From: Candidatus Melainabacteria bacterium 17Bon1m
GTDB taxonomy: Bacteria > Cyanobacteriota > Vampirovibrionia > Obscuribacterales > Obscuribacteraceae
Reading direction: 5' to 3'
NCBI GenBank assembly: GCA_032128875.1
Contig: JAVLKG010000001.1
Coordinates: forward strand, 32,001-96,000
Length of the DNA stretch: 64,000 nt
The notes beneath the pieces are model-generated. The model did no database searches. It was given only the letters and a program-made list of their open reading frames with translations, and was not told where the DNA came from. A program made the position numbers and the translations under genes. Position 1 is the first letter of the stretch; every line of letters starts with the position of its first letter. Shown piece after piece: positions 39,478 through 49,910 of the stretch.

Positions 39478-41855
39478 ATGAAAACTGTTGCACTGGCATC
39501 TATTGCGGCTCTTGCCGCCAGCCTGGCGCTGCCCGCCCAGGTGTTCGCCTCTGGCTGGATTGTAATCGACCCGATTATGGGTGGCAGACCCGTTCCCCGA
39601 CCGATTGTCAGACCGGTGCCCGGTCATACACCTGCCGTTCCGGCGCCAGGAAGACGTCCTGTCCTCCAAGCTTCTGTAAGTTTCGGGCTGCACCTGCAAG
39701 ATGAAGAGGTAAAGGTCGACATTGTTGATCAAGTCGCCAAAACGTACATCACACAGACGTTTTCCAACGATACCGACAGCAATCTTGCCGGCACTTATCT
39801 TTTTCCGTTGCCAGAGGACACTACTTTCAGCTCTTTCTCCTTGCACATTGACGGAAAACCGGTTGAAGGAAAAATCTTGGAAGCAAACGCTGCGCGCGCA
39901 GAGTACGAGCAAATAGTTCGACGCATGGTCGATCCAGGCCTTTTGGAATTCGCTGATTACAAAACAGTGAGAGCGCGCATTTTCCCAATTCCTGCCCACG
40001 GCACAAAGAAAGTTGAATTGGAATACACTCAAGTTTTGAAAGCAGAAAATGGAATGCTCAAGTATCGTTTTCCTCTGAAAGCGGAAGGTGAGGCTGAGCC
40101 GGTCGACAAGATCAAGATGAATGTGAAGTTAGCAGGAAAAGCGCCGCTTCGCACCATTTGGTCGCCAACGCATACAGTCGAATCTGCGCGAAAGGGTGAT
40201 ACGGAAGCTACTGTTTCTCTGGCACAGGAGAACGTTGTGCCGGATAAAGACTTCCTGCTCTATTACAGCGTCTCCGACAAAGATGTTGCAGCCAATTTAC
40301 TCACACATCGCAAGACCGATGAAGATGGTTATTTCTTGATGACGCTTTCTCCGCCGGTGGCAGTGAAGGGGGCGGTCGCCAAAGACATTGTCATAGTCTC
40401 GGATACGTCTGGCTCTATGCAAGGCGACAAGATGGAGCACAGCAAAAAGGCATTGAAGTATATAGTCGATGCACTTGCGCCTGAGGATCGGTTTAGCCTT
40501 GTTCAATTCAATACGGACACAGACGCATTCAGCACGAAACTTTTGGCTGCCAATGCGGACAACAAGAAAGCCGCAGGGAAATTTATTGAAGAACTTGATG
40601 CACGTGGCGGCACAAACATCAGCGACGCAATTTCAATGGGAACGGCAATTCTCGGCGATGATTCTTCTAGACCGGCATACTTGGTTTTAATTACTGACGG
40701 CGAGCCTACAGTGGGCGAAACCATCATTGAAAACTCTTGAAGAGCGTCAAGCCAAAACGCGATGTTCGGATATTTGATTTCGGTGTCGGCTATGACGTAA
40801 ACACTCGTTTGCTCAATCAACTTGCTGCAGAGCATCATGGAACGGCGCAATATATTGAACCGAGCGAGAGTCTGGAAGTGGCTTTGAGCAATTTCTATCA
40901 GAAAATTAAGAGCCCGGTTTTGAGCGATGTCAAAATTGCTTACGACGGAATTCAAGTAAAAGATGTCTATCCGAAAGAAGTAAAGGATATTTTTGCTGGT
41001 CAGCAAGTACTGCTGATCGGGCGCTACAAGGGTGAAGGCAAAGCATCGTTAAAGTTGAGCGGTCGCCTCAACGGTGAAACCAAGGAATATGCATTCCCGG
41101 TGGAATTCGCAAAAGAAGATACCGGTCATTCTTACTTGCCTCGGATTTGGGCTATGCGAAGGATCGGCTATTTGACTGACGTTGCGCATGCAAATGATGA
41201 GAGCAAAGAAGTTGTTGATGAAATCATTGCACTTTCGCAGAAGTATGGAATCATCTCGGCTTATACCTCTTATCTCGTAACTGATCCCAGCGAAAATAAC
41301 GGCTCGTTTAGACGGCAAAACATACCCGGCGCAGTCAGTTTCGGTGGCGCTGCCAGACCCAGCTTCCGTGTTGATGAAACGAGAGTTCGCGGCGGTCTTG
41401 TTCCTCCGCCACCACCGGTAGTGCCGATGGGGATGTCCTCGACAAATTTGGCAAAGCGGGAAGCCGGTTCTGCAGCCAGATTTCATTATTTGAAAGTTTT
41501 CTCCGACTTCGATCACAAAGCGGAAAGCGGTCAGAAGGCTGTCTTGGTCGCGAAAACGTTGAACGAACTCAAAGAGTCCAACGCAATCGATAAACAGGAT
41601 CTGATGGCTGGAGAAATGAAAACAGTTGAAGACAAGACCTTTTACATGGTCAGCGGCTTCTGGACGGAAAGCACTTTTAAAGCAAAGGCCGCTGATATCA
41701 AAGTCAAGGAAATCAAATTCAATAGCGATGAATATTTCGCATTGATGAAATCAGTTCCAGGAATCACCAAGTTCTTGTCAGTCGGCAAACAGGTGATTGT
41801 CGAGTTCAACGGCACCTGGTACAAAATTGTCCAACCCGGTGATGCTACCGGCTAG
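39478..41855 (+). pseudogene. Second VIT-vWA paralogue split by a single-base frameshift near 40733 (real pseudogene or assembly error)
   Basis: ORFs 39478..40740 and 40737..41855 are collinear with the two halves of 34516..37059. Confidence 0.85.
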
Positions 41856-41902
41856 GGCAATAGGGAGAACTCCGAAGGCAATGGACCTCTCCTAAACGGA
41901 AA

Positions 41903-41940
41903 GCGGGCGCCACTAAACATGGTGCCCGTTTTTTCTTTTT
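41903..41940 (+). terminator. Intrinsic terminator
   Basis: GCGGGCGCCA-ctaaaca-TGGTGCCCGT followed by TTTTTCTTTTT. Confidence 0.75.
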
Positions 41941-41947
41941 GATTACT

Positions 41948-42559
41948 TTATTGCGGTTTATCTGTAACTTCGACTTTCCAAAATGCAAGATCGTTGGTTC
42001 GCACTATGTCTTTGATTCGATCAATTGTAAGTACATTGGAATCGAAGGTGACATGAGCGACTGCGTAGCGTGGAAGTTTGCCGATTGCGTTGCTGGTTTC
42101 TGTTTCCGAAGCTTTCATTTGCGATGGTAATTCGACAGAAGCATTGATCACTCCTTGCGTCTTTTGAAATCTCGCCGCAAGAGCTTTTAAGCACGCCGGG
42201 CACAAAGAGCCGGAAAGCCTCATACTTGCTTCTTTTACATTTGGTTTTGCAGATATGGTCTGCTTCTGTTTCTCTTTGAAAAACTGATTAGCAGCGCGTT
42301 CGCGAGAGCCGGGATCTTCGGATTTTGATTGCGATTGACCGGCAGAGGTTTTGCTTGGTCCGGGGACCTCAATGGAAAAGACCGGCGGAGGAGTTTTTCC
42401 CGTGTCACCCTTCCCTTTCTCAGCAGACTTTGGAGAGATTTGTATCTGAATATCCTGCTTTTGCGAGTTCGGACTCTGCGCGAACGATTCGAAGACCGTG
42501 AAATGCATTGTGATTGCGAGCGATGCGCAGAAGTAAATAGAAATCTTTTTTGCCAACAT
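41948..42559 (-). CDS. Exported heavy-metal-associated (HMA)-like domain protein
   Basis: Signal peptide; MRLSGSLCPACL...GVINASV...AHVTFD. Confidence 0.7.
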   Translation of the reverse strand: MLAKKISIYFCASLAITMHFTVFESFAQSPNSQKQDIQIQISPKSAEKGKGDTGKTPPPVFSIEVPGPSKTSAGQSQSKSEDPGSRERAANQFFKEKQKQTISAKPNVKEASMRLSGSLCPACLKALAARFQKTQGVINASVELPSQMKASETETSNAIGKLPRYAVAHVTFDSNVLTIDRIKDIVRTNDLAFWKVEVTDKPQ

Positions 42560-42781
42560 TTTGTCGCCTATTTTGCCTCTTCTCCTAAAACACAGTTTAA
42601 CTGGGTGGCTGCCTTAATTGCGCCTCATCTGTCTGTTGTCGACTATTGCGTTTGGTGACGATTAAAGAGTCGTGAATCTGTGCGGAGAATGCCGAAAACA
42701 GACAGTTTCTTAAGCTAACAAAGCCCACTCATTGATATGATGTACCTTTAAAGGTTGTCACTAGTGGAAGTCCAGGGATCA

Positions 42782-44758
42782 ATGCACACCCTAACAAAAC
42801 AGCCGACGTCATTTTTAGATGCTATCACCGGTCCTGCCGAGTTGAAGCAAATGTCGGTTGAAGACCTGCAGATGCTCGCAGGCGAGATTCGTCATGAGAT
42901 AGTCAGCAGTTTGTCGCGAACAGGTGGGCATTTAGCCTCAAACCTGGGAATCGTTGAAATCACTCTGGCGCTCCATCGCGTTTTCAACACTCCCAAAGAT
43001 CAAATTCTTTGGGACGTCGGACACCAAGCGTATGTGCACAAGATGCTCACCGGCAGGCGCAATCGATTTGATACCCTGCGTCAGTTCAAAGGTTTGAGCG
43101 GTTTCGTCACACCTGTAGAGAGTGAACACGATGCGTTTGTAGCAGGGCACAGCTCTACTTCCGTCTCTCTTGCAGTGGGCATGGCGATCGCGCGTGACCA
43201 TTTGAAGCAAGATCACAAGGTTATCGCTGTGATTGGTGATGGTGGTTTGACCGGCGGCATGGCGCTTGAAGCTATCAATCATTTGGGTCACATTCAGAAG
43301 AATGTTTTGATAGTGCTCAACGACAACGAAATGTCCATCAGTGAGAACACCGGTGGATTGGCGTTGTACATGAAGCGCATCAAGGAAACTTTCTTTTATC
43401 GCGACATCAAAGAAAAGCTTGATTCGATCGAAGGCAGTCTCGATAAAGTTCAACTGACTGCAGGCATTTGGGACATGATTCTCGAAGTGAAGAAGCAGGC
43501 CAAAGAGCGCTTCGACACTCCCGGTATTGTTTTCGAAAAACTAGGCATCAACTATAGCGGTCCCATCGATGGACACGATGTCGATGCTGTCGTTCAAGCG
43601 TTCGAGGCAGTTAAGGATAAATCAGCGCCACAGATTGTTCATCTCATTACCTGCAAAGGCAAGGGCTATCAGCCGGCGGAGGATGATTCAATCAAATACC
43701 ACGGCGTGCCTGCGTTTAGCTTAGAGCCGCAACTCAGCGAGAAGGTCGATGAGTCGCCAAAACCAAAACCCAAGACTTATTCAGACGTGTTCACTCAGGC
43801 ATTGATTGACGTCGCCAAAGATGAACCAAATCTGGTGGCAATCACTCCGGCAACTGCCGAGGGCAGTGGCTTGGTTAAGTTCGGCAAGGCTTATCCTGAG
43901 CGCTTCTTTGATGTGGCAATCTGCGAGCAGCACGCAGTCACTATGGCTGCCGGTATGGCAAAAGCCGGATTGAAACCGGTCGTTTCCATTTACTCCACTT
44001 TCTTGCAGCGCGCGATGGATCAGGTTATTCACGACGTCGCCATTCTCAATCTGCCTGTCGTCTTTGGTGTTGACCGCGGCGGTCTGGTCGAAGATGGTGA
44101 AACCCACCAGGGTGTGTTCGACATCGCTTACCTCCGCAGCGTGCCCAACTTCACTGTTTTGGCACCGAAAGATGCCGCTGAACTCAGAGACATGGTCTAT
44201 ACAGCAGTCAAGGAGAGCAAAGGTCCGGTAGCCATCCGCTTCCCCCGGGATAAGGCTGTTGGCGCCACCGCCGATGGTGAATACAGTGGAACCCCGTCTA
44301 ACCAACCACGCTTGATCGAACCAACGCATTGGGAGATTTTGCAACAAGGTGTGACCAGCAAGAAAGACCAAAAGCCTGCTGTAGTTTTGGCTTATGGTTC
44401 GATGGTCGACGTGGCGCGTCAGGCTCTTGAAACGATTGAGTCGAGTGTAAAACCAACCTTGGTCAACGCACGTAGTGTCAAACCACTCGATGTAAATTTG
44501 TTGGGTGAGCTTTTGCGCGACGGTCATGACACCTTCTTCACCATTGAAGAGGGCTGCCTGTCAGGCGGTTTTGGAGCTGCAGTTCTTGAATGGATGAGTA
44601 CTGCCGGGCAAGAAATTTCCGACGGTCTGCCCCGCGTAATTCCGATTGCAATTCCAGATCAGTTTGTAGAACACGGCGCACGCGCCATTCTTCTCGACTT
44701 GAATGGACTGAGCAAAGAGAAGATCGCTCAGCGTATTGAGAAAGTACTTAAAAAGTAA
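42782..44758 (+). CDS. dxs: 1-deoxy-D-xylulose-5-phosphate synthase
   Basis: GGHLASNLG, WDVGHQAYVHKMLTGR, GHSSTS, GDGGLTGG, YSTFLQRA; ATG at 42782 preferred. Confidence 0.98.
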   Translation: MHTLTKQPTSFLDAITGPAELKQMSVEDLQMLAGEIRHEIVSSLSRTGGHLASNLGIVEITLALHRVFNTPKDQILWDVGHQAYVHKMLTGRRNRFDTLRQFKGLSGFVTPVESEHDAFVAGHSSTSVSLAVGMAIARDHLKQDHKVIAVIGDGGLTGGMALEAINHLGHIQKNVLIVLNDNEMSISENTGGLALYMKRIKETFFYRDIKEKLDSIEGSLDKVQLTAGIWDMILEVKKQAKERFDTPGIVFEKLGINYSGPIDGHDVDAVVQAFEAVKDKSAPQIVHLITCKGKGYQPAEDDSIKYHGVPAFSLEPQLSEKVDESPKPKPKTYSDVFTQALIDVAKDEPNLVAITPATAEGSGLVKFGKAYPERFFDVAICEQHAVTMAAGMAKAGLKPVVSIYSTFLQRAMDQVIHDVAILNLPVVFGVDRGGLVEDGETHQGVFDIAYLRSVPNFTVLAPKDAAELRDMVYTAVKESKGPVAIRFPRDKAVGATADGEYSGTPSNQPRLIEPTHWEILQQGVTSKKDQKPAVVLAYGSMVDVARQALETIESSVKPTLVNARSVKPLDVNLLGELLRDGHDTFFTIEEGCLSGGFGAAVLEWMSTAGQEISDGLPRVIPIAIPDQFVEHGARAILLDLNGLSKEKIAQRIEKVLKK

Positions 44759-44876
44759 ATGGCCGGAGCGCCGGCTCAGCCGGCATCTAAAAGGCGCACG
44801 CAATGAGCCTCCACTCAATGCGCCTCGACGAAACGCGTCCCGCTCTCAGACCGGGCGATGCATGACATCGCCCTTC

Positions 44877-45473
44877 TTACAGCTCGCGGCGGCCTTCGAG
44901 GGCTTTCGATAACGTCATGTCGTCGGCGTATTCTAGGTCGGCACCGACTGGAAGACCAAAGGCTAGTCTCGTTATCCTTACATTGAATGGCTTCATTAAA
45001 CTGGAGATATAGAGCACTGTCGCATCACCTTCGACTGTTGGATTGATCGCAAGAATAAGTTCGCGAACTTGATCGTCGTTTACCCGATTGACCAATTCCC
45101 TTATTGTGAGCTCGTCTGGGCCTTTCCCTTCCAGGGGTGAAATCAGTCCTGTGAGAACGTGATACAAGCCTTTGAACTCGCGCGTTCTTTCAAGCGCAAT
45201 TACATCTCGCGAGTCAGCCACCACGCAGACTTGCTGTCTATCCCGTCTTTCGTTAGTGCAAAGTTCGCACGGATCGGCTGCGGACAAGTGAAAACAATGG
45301 CTGCAATTGCGCACTTTTTCTTTGGCATCAACCATCGCATCAGCGAATGATTGAACCGAATCATGCGTCATGCCCAGCACATGAAAAGCCATGCGCTGGG
45401 CTGATTTAGGACCGACACCGGGCAGCTTTTGAAATTCTTCGATAAGCCTGGCCAGCGGCGGTGTGAAATACAT
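44877..45473 (-). CDS. recR: Recombination protein RecR
   Basis: [12 protein letters not shown]4 zinc finger, Toprim [17 protein letters not shown]. Confidence 0.98.
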   Translation of the reverse strand: MYFTPPLARLIEEFQKLPGVGPKSAQRMAFHVLGMTHDSVQSFADAMVDAKEKVRNCSHCFHLSAADPCELCTNERRDRQQVCVVADSRDVIALERTREFKGLYHVLTGLISPLEGKGPDELTIRELVNRVNDDQVRELILAINPTVEGDATVLYISSLMKPFNVRITRLAFGLPVGADLEYADDMTLSKALEGRREL

Positions 45474-45526
45474 TGTTTGTTTCCTGAGTTAGAAACTAGT
45501 TCCCCTTGTAGAAACCGTTTCTCTTA

Positions 45527-45844
45527 TTAGAAACCCATACCAGGAGGCAGCATGCCGCCCAGGTTCTTCATTGCTTGCTGCTCGCCGGCTTGCTTGGCTC
45601 TGTGGCAAGCGTCTTTGATTGCAGTAACAATCAAGTCTTCAAGCATCCCGATATCTTCCGGATCGACTGCCTCAGGTTTGATTTTGATGCCGGTGAAATC
45701 GAGCGCGGCAGTGCAGGTGACTGTAACTGCGCCGTTTCCTGCAGTGCCTTCGATTTTGGTCTTGGACAATTCGTCTTGAATCTTCTGCATTTCGGACTGC
45801 ATCTTAGCCAGGTTGCCCAGCAGTTGGTTCATGTCAGGTTGCAT
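45527..45844 (-). CDS. ybaB: YbaB/EbfC nucleoid-associated protein
   Basis: EGTAGNGAVTVT, VDPEDIGMLEDLI; adjacent to recR. Confidence 0.95.
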   Translation of the reverse strand: MQPDMNQLLGNLAKMQSEMQKIQDELSKTKIEGTAGNGAVTVTCTAALDFTGIKIKPEAVDPEDIGMLEDLIVTAIKDACHRAKQAGEQQAMKNLGGMLPPGMGF

Positions 45845-46285
45845 AAATTTCTCCGTCGCCGCGAGGGCTAATTGTGAGCTGGGATTGCCGACTGAGGTTA
45901 AATCAGACCGCCGGCAACGAGTAGATAAGATTATAGGCTGTCGAGCCCAGGCGCCCCGGCTCTTATGTGGGACGGTAAATGTTTCTTAAGGAGAAAACGC
46001 GCATCTAAGGCTCGCTTGGCGACAAGTATCTATACTTAAGCAATCGTGGAGCAGCAAAAAGTTCGCCTGCCCGCGTGAAATGGTGAATTCGTCAGCTATT
46101 GGCGTCCAGTACTGCTTTCAAGAGAAGTGACTGTTTATGCAAGACTTTGAAACATCAACTGAAAACAACGAGACCGCAAACGAAGAGCGTGAGCCCGCCT
46201 ACGCGCGTGTCAACGCTGCAGCGAAGCAAGTCTTCAAGAAGTTCGTTCTGTTCGTATCGTTTGGCCCTGGCATATTGGGGTTCCT

Positions 46286-47185
46286 GTGGTTACTTGGAAA
46301 AGTATTCAAACCTCGCTAAAAGACCCGCTTAAGGCGTTGGAAGAGCGAAATCCATCGTATTACGCCCGTTATGCGGGCGTTGAAGACGAGTTCGGCTTCA
46401 ACTTGGAGACATTCGCCAAGTGGGAGCCGGTTTTCCGTTTTTGCTATGAAGAGCACTTTAAGGTACGGGTTCGCGGCATTGAGAACATTCCTTCGGATGG
46501 CTCAGCGCTCCTGATCGGCAACCATTCCGGACTTTTGCCCTTGGATGGCGCCATGATTACGATCGCTATGAGTAATCAACATCCAGCACCCAGGCGAGTG
46601 AGGTACATGATCACCGACTGGTTTTTCACATTGCCCGGCATAAATGAGTGGATGGCCGAAACTGGCCAGGTACGAGCGACTTTGGAAAACGCTCGCAAAC
46701 TCGTCGATAACGATGAGCTAGTGGGCATTTACCCAGAGGGCTTGAGGGGCGTTGGTAAAACGTTCAAAGAGCGCTATAGAATTCTGGATTTCCATCCGGG
46801 GTTTGTGCAACTTGCAATCGAACGCCAAGTTCCTTTGATCCCTGTTGCCACCGTAGGTGGTGACGAGATTTTTCCCAACTTCGTCAACGTCAAGACGTTT
46901 GCGCAAATGTTGAAAATGCCGTTCTTCCCTGTCACGCCGGCATTCCCTTGGTTGCCTTTCCCACTTATGTTCGTCCCGTTGCCCGTCAAATGGATGATCA
47001 ACATACATAAGCCGATCAAGCTCGATTATCCGCCTGAGAAGGCGAAAGATAGGAAGCTTTGTTTGAAGATCGCACGTGAGATTCAGTACGACATCCAGAG
47101 AGATTTAAACCGCTTGCTCAAAGAGCGAAAATCGGTTTTTTCCGCCTGGACCGAAGATGATAACGGAAGGAGTGAAACACCGTGA
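46286..47185 (+). CDS. Lysophospholipid/glycerol acyltransferase family protein; the true start may be 46137 via a frameshift
   Basis: GIENIP, NHSGLLPLD catalytic motif, YPEG. Confidence 0.9.
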   Translation: MVTWKSIQTSLKDPLKALEERNPSYYARYAGVEDEFGFNLETFAKWEPVFRFCYEEHFKVRVRGIENIPSDGSALLIGNHSGLLPLDGAMITIAMSNQHPAPRRVRYMITDWFFTLPGINEWMAETGQVRATLENARKLVDNDELVGIYPEGLRGVGKTFKERYRILDFHPGFVQLAIERQVPLIPVATVGGDEIFPNFVNVKTFAQMLKMPFFPVTPAFPWLPFPLMFVPLPVKWMINIHKPIKLDYPPEKAKDRKLCLKIAREIQYDIQRDLNRLLKERKSVFSAWTEDDNGRSETP

Positions 47186-48000
47186 AAGCCTTTGCTACAA
47201 GACACAAGCAGTTCATCCGCAACTCGCACAAAAGCGAAGATTATTTCGGCTTTGAGCTGCGTACACTGGCAAAACTGGAACCCGGATTGAAATTCCTCTA
47301 CGAAGATTGGTGGAAAGTCGAGTTCAAGAATCTCGATGCCATTCCGAATGAAGGTCCAGCGCTCATTGTCGGTAATTCCACCGGTCTTGTACCGTGGACC
47401 GCTATGATGCTCATCTATGCTCTCATGTCCAGAGAAAACCCGCGCCGCGTGCATGTGGTATGCGACATGGACTGGATTGAAGACGAGAGAGTTCACCACT
47501 TCTTGCGCGAACTCGGCTTTGTGCCGTGGTCTTCGGACAATGTAAAACGCTTGCTTGCAAGAGGCGAGATCGTTGCCACCTTCCCGGAAGGCATTGCCAG
47601 CACTCAGAAGACTTTCTCTCAGAGATATCGCCTCGGCGACTTCGACTGGACCCGCCTGCTGTCTGGTGTTGAAGAAGGCGTGAAGATTATTCCGCTTGCT
47701 ACTCTCGGACTCGATGAGGCAGTACCGGTTCTCTTCAATGCAGACAAGATTGCAAAACTCCTCAATATGCCTGCGTTTCCGGTGACTCCGTTCTTCCCGT
47801 TCTATCCATTCCCGGTCAACCTTTTCAGCTTGCCGGTTAAGTGGAAGATGGCTTTCCTGGCACCTTCCCAATACAAGAAGGAAACCAATCGCGACAAGGT
47901 TGAGGAGCAAGCGAAAGCACAGGCTCGCTATCTGGAAGGCGAAATCCAGGCGGAAATCAACCGTATGCTGCGCGCTCGCACGCATACATTCGCAAGATAA
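47182..48000 (+). CDS. Acyltransferase-fold paralogue lacking the catalytic His and Asp
   Basis: Collinear with the upstream gene and retains FPEG, but has GNSTGLVPWT in place of GNHSGLLPLD; GTGA overlap. Confidence 0.85.
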   Translation: MKAFATRHKQFIRNSHKSEDYFGFELRTLAKLEPGLKFLYEDWWKVEFKNLDAIPNEGPALIVGNSTGLVPWTAMMLIYALMSRENPRRVHVVCDMDWIEDERVHHFLRELGFVPWSSDNVKRLLARGEIVATFPEGIASTQKTFSQRYRLGDFDWTRLLSGVEEGVKIIPLATLGLDEAVPVLFNADKIAKLLNMPAFPVTPFFPFYPFPVNLFSLPVKWKMAFLAPSQYKKETNRDKVEEQAKAQARYLEGEIQAEINRMLRARTHTFAR

Positions 48001-48007
48001 CCTGGGA

Positions 48008-48263
48008 GAGCCGGCGGTTCGCCGGCTCCGGGCGATGGATTGCATCGCCGCTATAGAAAAATGGGCGCGTGCAACGCGCCCTCACGCCTGCTTGCGGAGG
48101 GCGCGGCTTTGCGCGTCAGATACGGACGAGAGAAGGACGCCGAGGAGGCGTCCGGAGCGAGTGTCGGATGCGTGCGGAGGACGAGCAAAGCGAGTCCGGA
48201 GCGCCTATATGAGGTTCGCGCCCCGAATGGTCTTTCGACCAGATGGAGCGCGTTCCTTGTAGG
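48008..48263. repeat. Cluster of GC-rich hairpins (REP/MITE-like element)
   Basis: GAGCCGGCG-gtt-CGCCGGCTC, GGGCGCGT-gca-ACGCGCCC, and a long imperfect stem at 48204-48263. Confidence 0.5.
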
Positions 48264-48358
48264 GGGGTTATGGGTTTGTGGGATTGAATCGTTTAACTTT
48301 TGGGTTTCCTTGGGCGTCGAGCGCCCCATTCTTCGGTGCAGTAGAACCTTCGGCTCGC

Positions 48359-48979
48359 TTACGCGGTGCGCAGCGCTTGCACTTCTTCCAACATGCGATA
48401 CAGAGTCTTATAGGCTCTCGTTTGCACGTATGGGTTTTCATCCGTAGCAAGAATGCGCAGGATGGCGACCGGCACATGGTAGCTTTCAGCCAAACGGACT
48501 CTTACGTCCGGGCTCTCATCACGAGCAAGCTTCCAGGCGGTTTTAATAGAGATATTCATGTTTTCCGCAACGGCCGCACGCACCTGGGCTTCGTCATGAT
48601 TTGCCAGTTTTGCCAGTGTAGTTGTGTGCGTACGCGGGTTTTCTGCAATGCGCTCTAACAATCTTTTGGAGCTGTCATTGGAAAGGTGCTCGAGCACTGG
48701 GGGCGGGGTATTAGGATTAATCGCCAGCAGCCATCTGATTCGCGCAGCTTCAGCTTCTACACTTTTCTTCGAATCTTTCTCGACCGGACGCTTCGCAGCT
48801 TGGAAATCAACTTCATTACACAGCAGCACTTTTAACGCCTCCCTGATTTGGGTTTCCGGGGAGTCCCACCGGAAACGATAAGCGAAGGATAGGTCATACT
48901 CTCCTCCGTCCCTCGCACGGCCGCCAGCCTCTGGCAAATATGGGTTTCCGAAAAATGATTCAATTCTGTTGATGTTCAT
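48359..48979 (-). CDS. LRV/HEAT-like repeat protein 1
   Basis: AINPNTP, IAENPRT, VRAAVAEN, DENPYV repeats. Confidence 0.85.
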   Translation of the reverse strand: MNINRIESFFGNPYLPEAGGRARDGGEYDLSFAYRFRWDSPETQIREALKVLLCNEVDFQAAKRPVEKDSKKSVEAEAARIRWLLAINPNTPPPVLEHLSNDSSKRLLERIAENPRTHTTTLAKLANHDEAQVRAAVAENMNISIKTAWKLARDESPDVRVRLAESYHVPVAILRILATDENPYVQTRAYKTLYRMLEEVQALRTA

Positions 48980-49113
48980 GAAATTGAATACGTCCGGTTG
49001 CCCACCACCGTATATTCAAATTATTACTTAGAGTTAAGCATCGCCGGGATAAGCCCATATATATCTTTGTATAGGGTCCGGTATGGGTTTATGGTTTTTG
49101 GGCAAAAGGCGAC

Positions 49114-49140
49114 AAAAAACGGGGACGCCAGCCCCCGTTT
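49114..49140 (-). terminator. Intrinsic terminator
   Basis: A6-CGGGG-acgccagc-CCCCG on the plus strand. Confidence 0.6.
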
Positions 49141-49298
49141 CCATTGCGCATATTTCCCCTGCCAGCGAACTTAGCGGTCGGTCACCCGACGTATAAATTT
49201 CCCTATAAGGTTTCGGTGTTCTCTATAGGTTCGGATTCTTATACCTGACCTTCCTACCCGAACTCCTATTTCCGAACTCCTATATTTAGGTCCGGGCG

Positions 49299-49910
49299 TT
49301 AAATGGCTCGTGCGTAGTTGTATAGGTTCGAGAAAAATCGATTGACCTGGGTCATTGGACTTTGTCCCGTCTCTTCCACCAATTGCATCAGGCGCTTGCG
49401 AGTTTCATTCGCCCGGAATTGCTTCCATGACGCGGACTCGCCCACAACGCTGCGGGCTGCTTCGACGCGCTCTAGAGTCTTGACTGCGCGAGAAGCAACA
49501 TAAGGATTATCGTCTTCAGACAAAGCTTTGAGGATTGCTTCGGGCAAGCTGTGATTCTCAGCCAAACCAAATCGCACATCAGCGTCTTCGTCCATGACCA
49601 GCATCCAGAGTGTTTCTCGGCTCGTATGGTTGTTCTCTGCAGTTGCCAGCCGCACATGTGCTGAAGGATGTTTCGCCAGTTTGTTCAGCAAGTACGGCGG
49701 GCAATTCGCATTGCCTGCAATGAGTTCAAGAATTATTGGACCTGCTGTTCTGGAAAGTGCTTCGAGCACATCTGGTGTTGTGTTCAAACTAGTTGCGATA
49801 ATGCGATCGCTCACGATGTCGTCTTTGCCGGACATCTGACCATTTTGTCTCGACTCGCACGCGGAAGAAATAAAAGTCGCCGTGCACAACGTGCTGAAAA
49901 TGTTCATCAC
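49299..49910 (-). CDS. LRV/HEAT-like repeat protein 2 (start uncertain)
   Basis: IAGNANCP, VRLATAEN, VRFGLAEN, DDNPYV. Confidence 0.85.
   Translation of the reverse strand: MMNIFSTLCTATFISSACESRQNGQMSGKDDIVSDRIIATSLNTTPDVLEALSRTAGPIILELIAGNANCPPYLLNKLAKHPSAHVRLATAENNHTSRETLWMLVMDEDADVRFGLAENHSLPEAILKALSEDDNPYVASRAVKTLERVEAARSVVGESASWKQFRANETRKRLMQLVEETGQSPMTQVNRFFSNLYNYARAI

Noticed and set aside
43781-48045. Long antisense ORFs 43781..44527 and 47083..48045 (and similar ones at 25395, 37860 and 39421)
   Set aside because: Shadow frames opposite well-supported genes
49190-49295. Short repeats CCGAACTCCTAT x2 and TATAGGTTCGG-like words
   Set aside because: Too short and irregular to distinguish from low-complexity 3' UTR sequence
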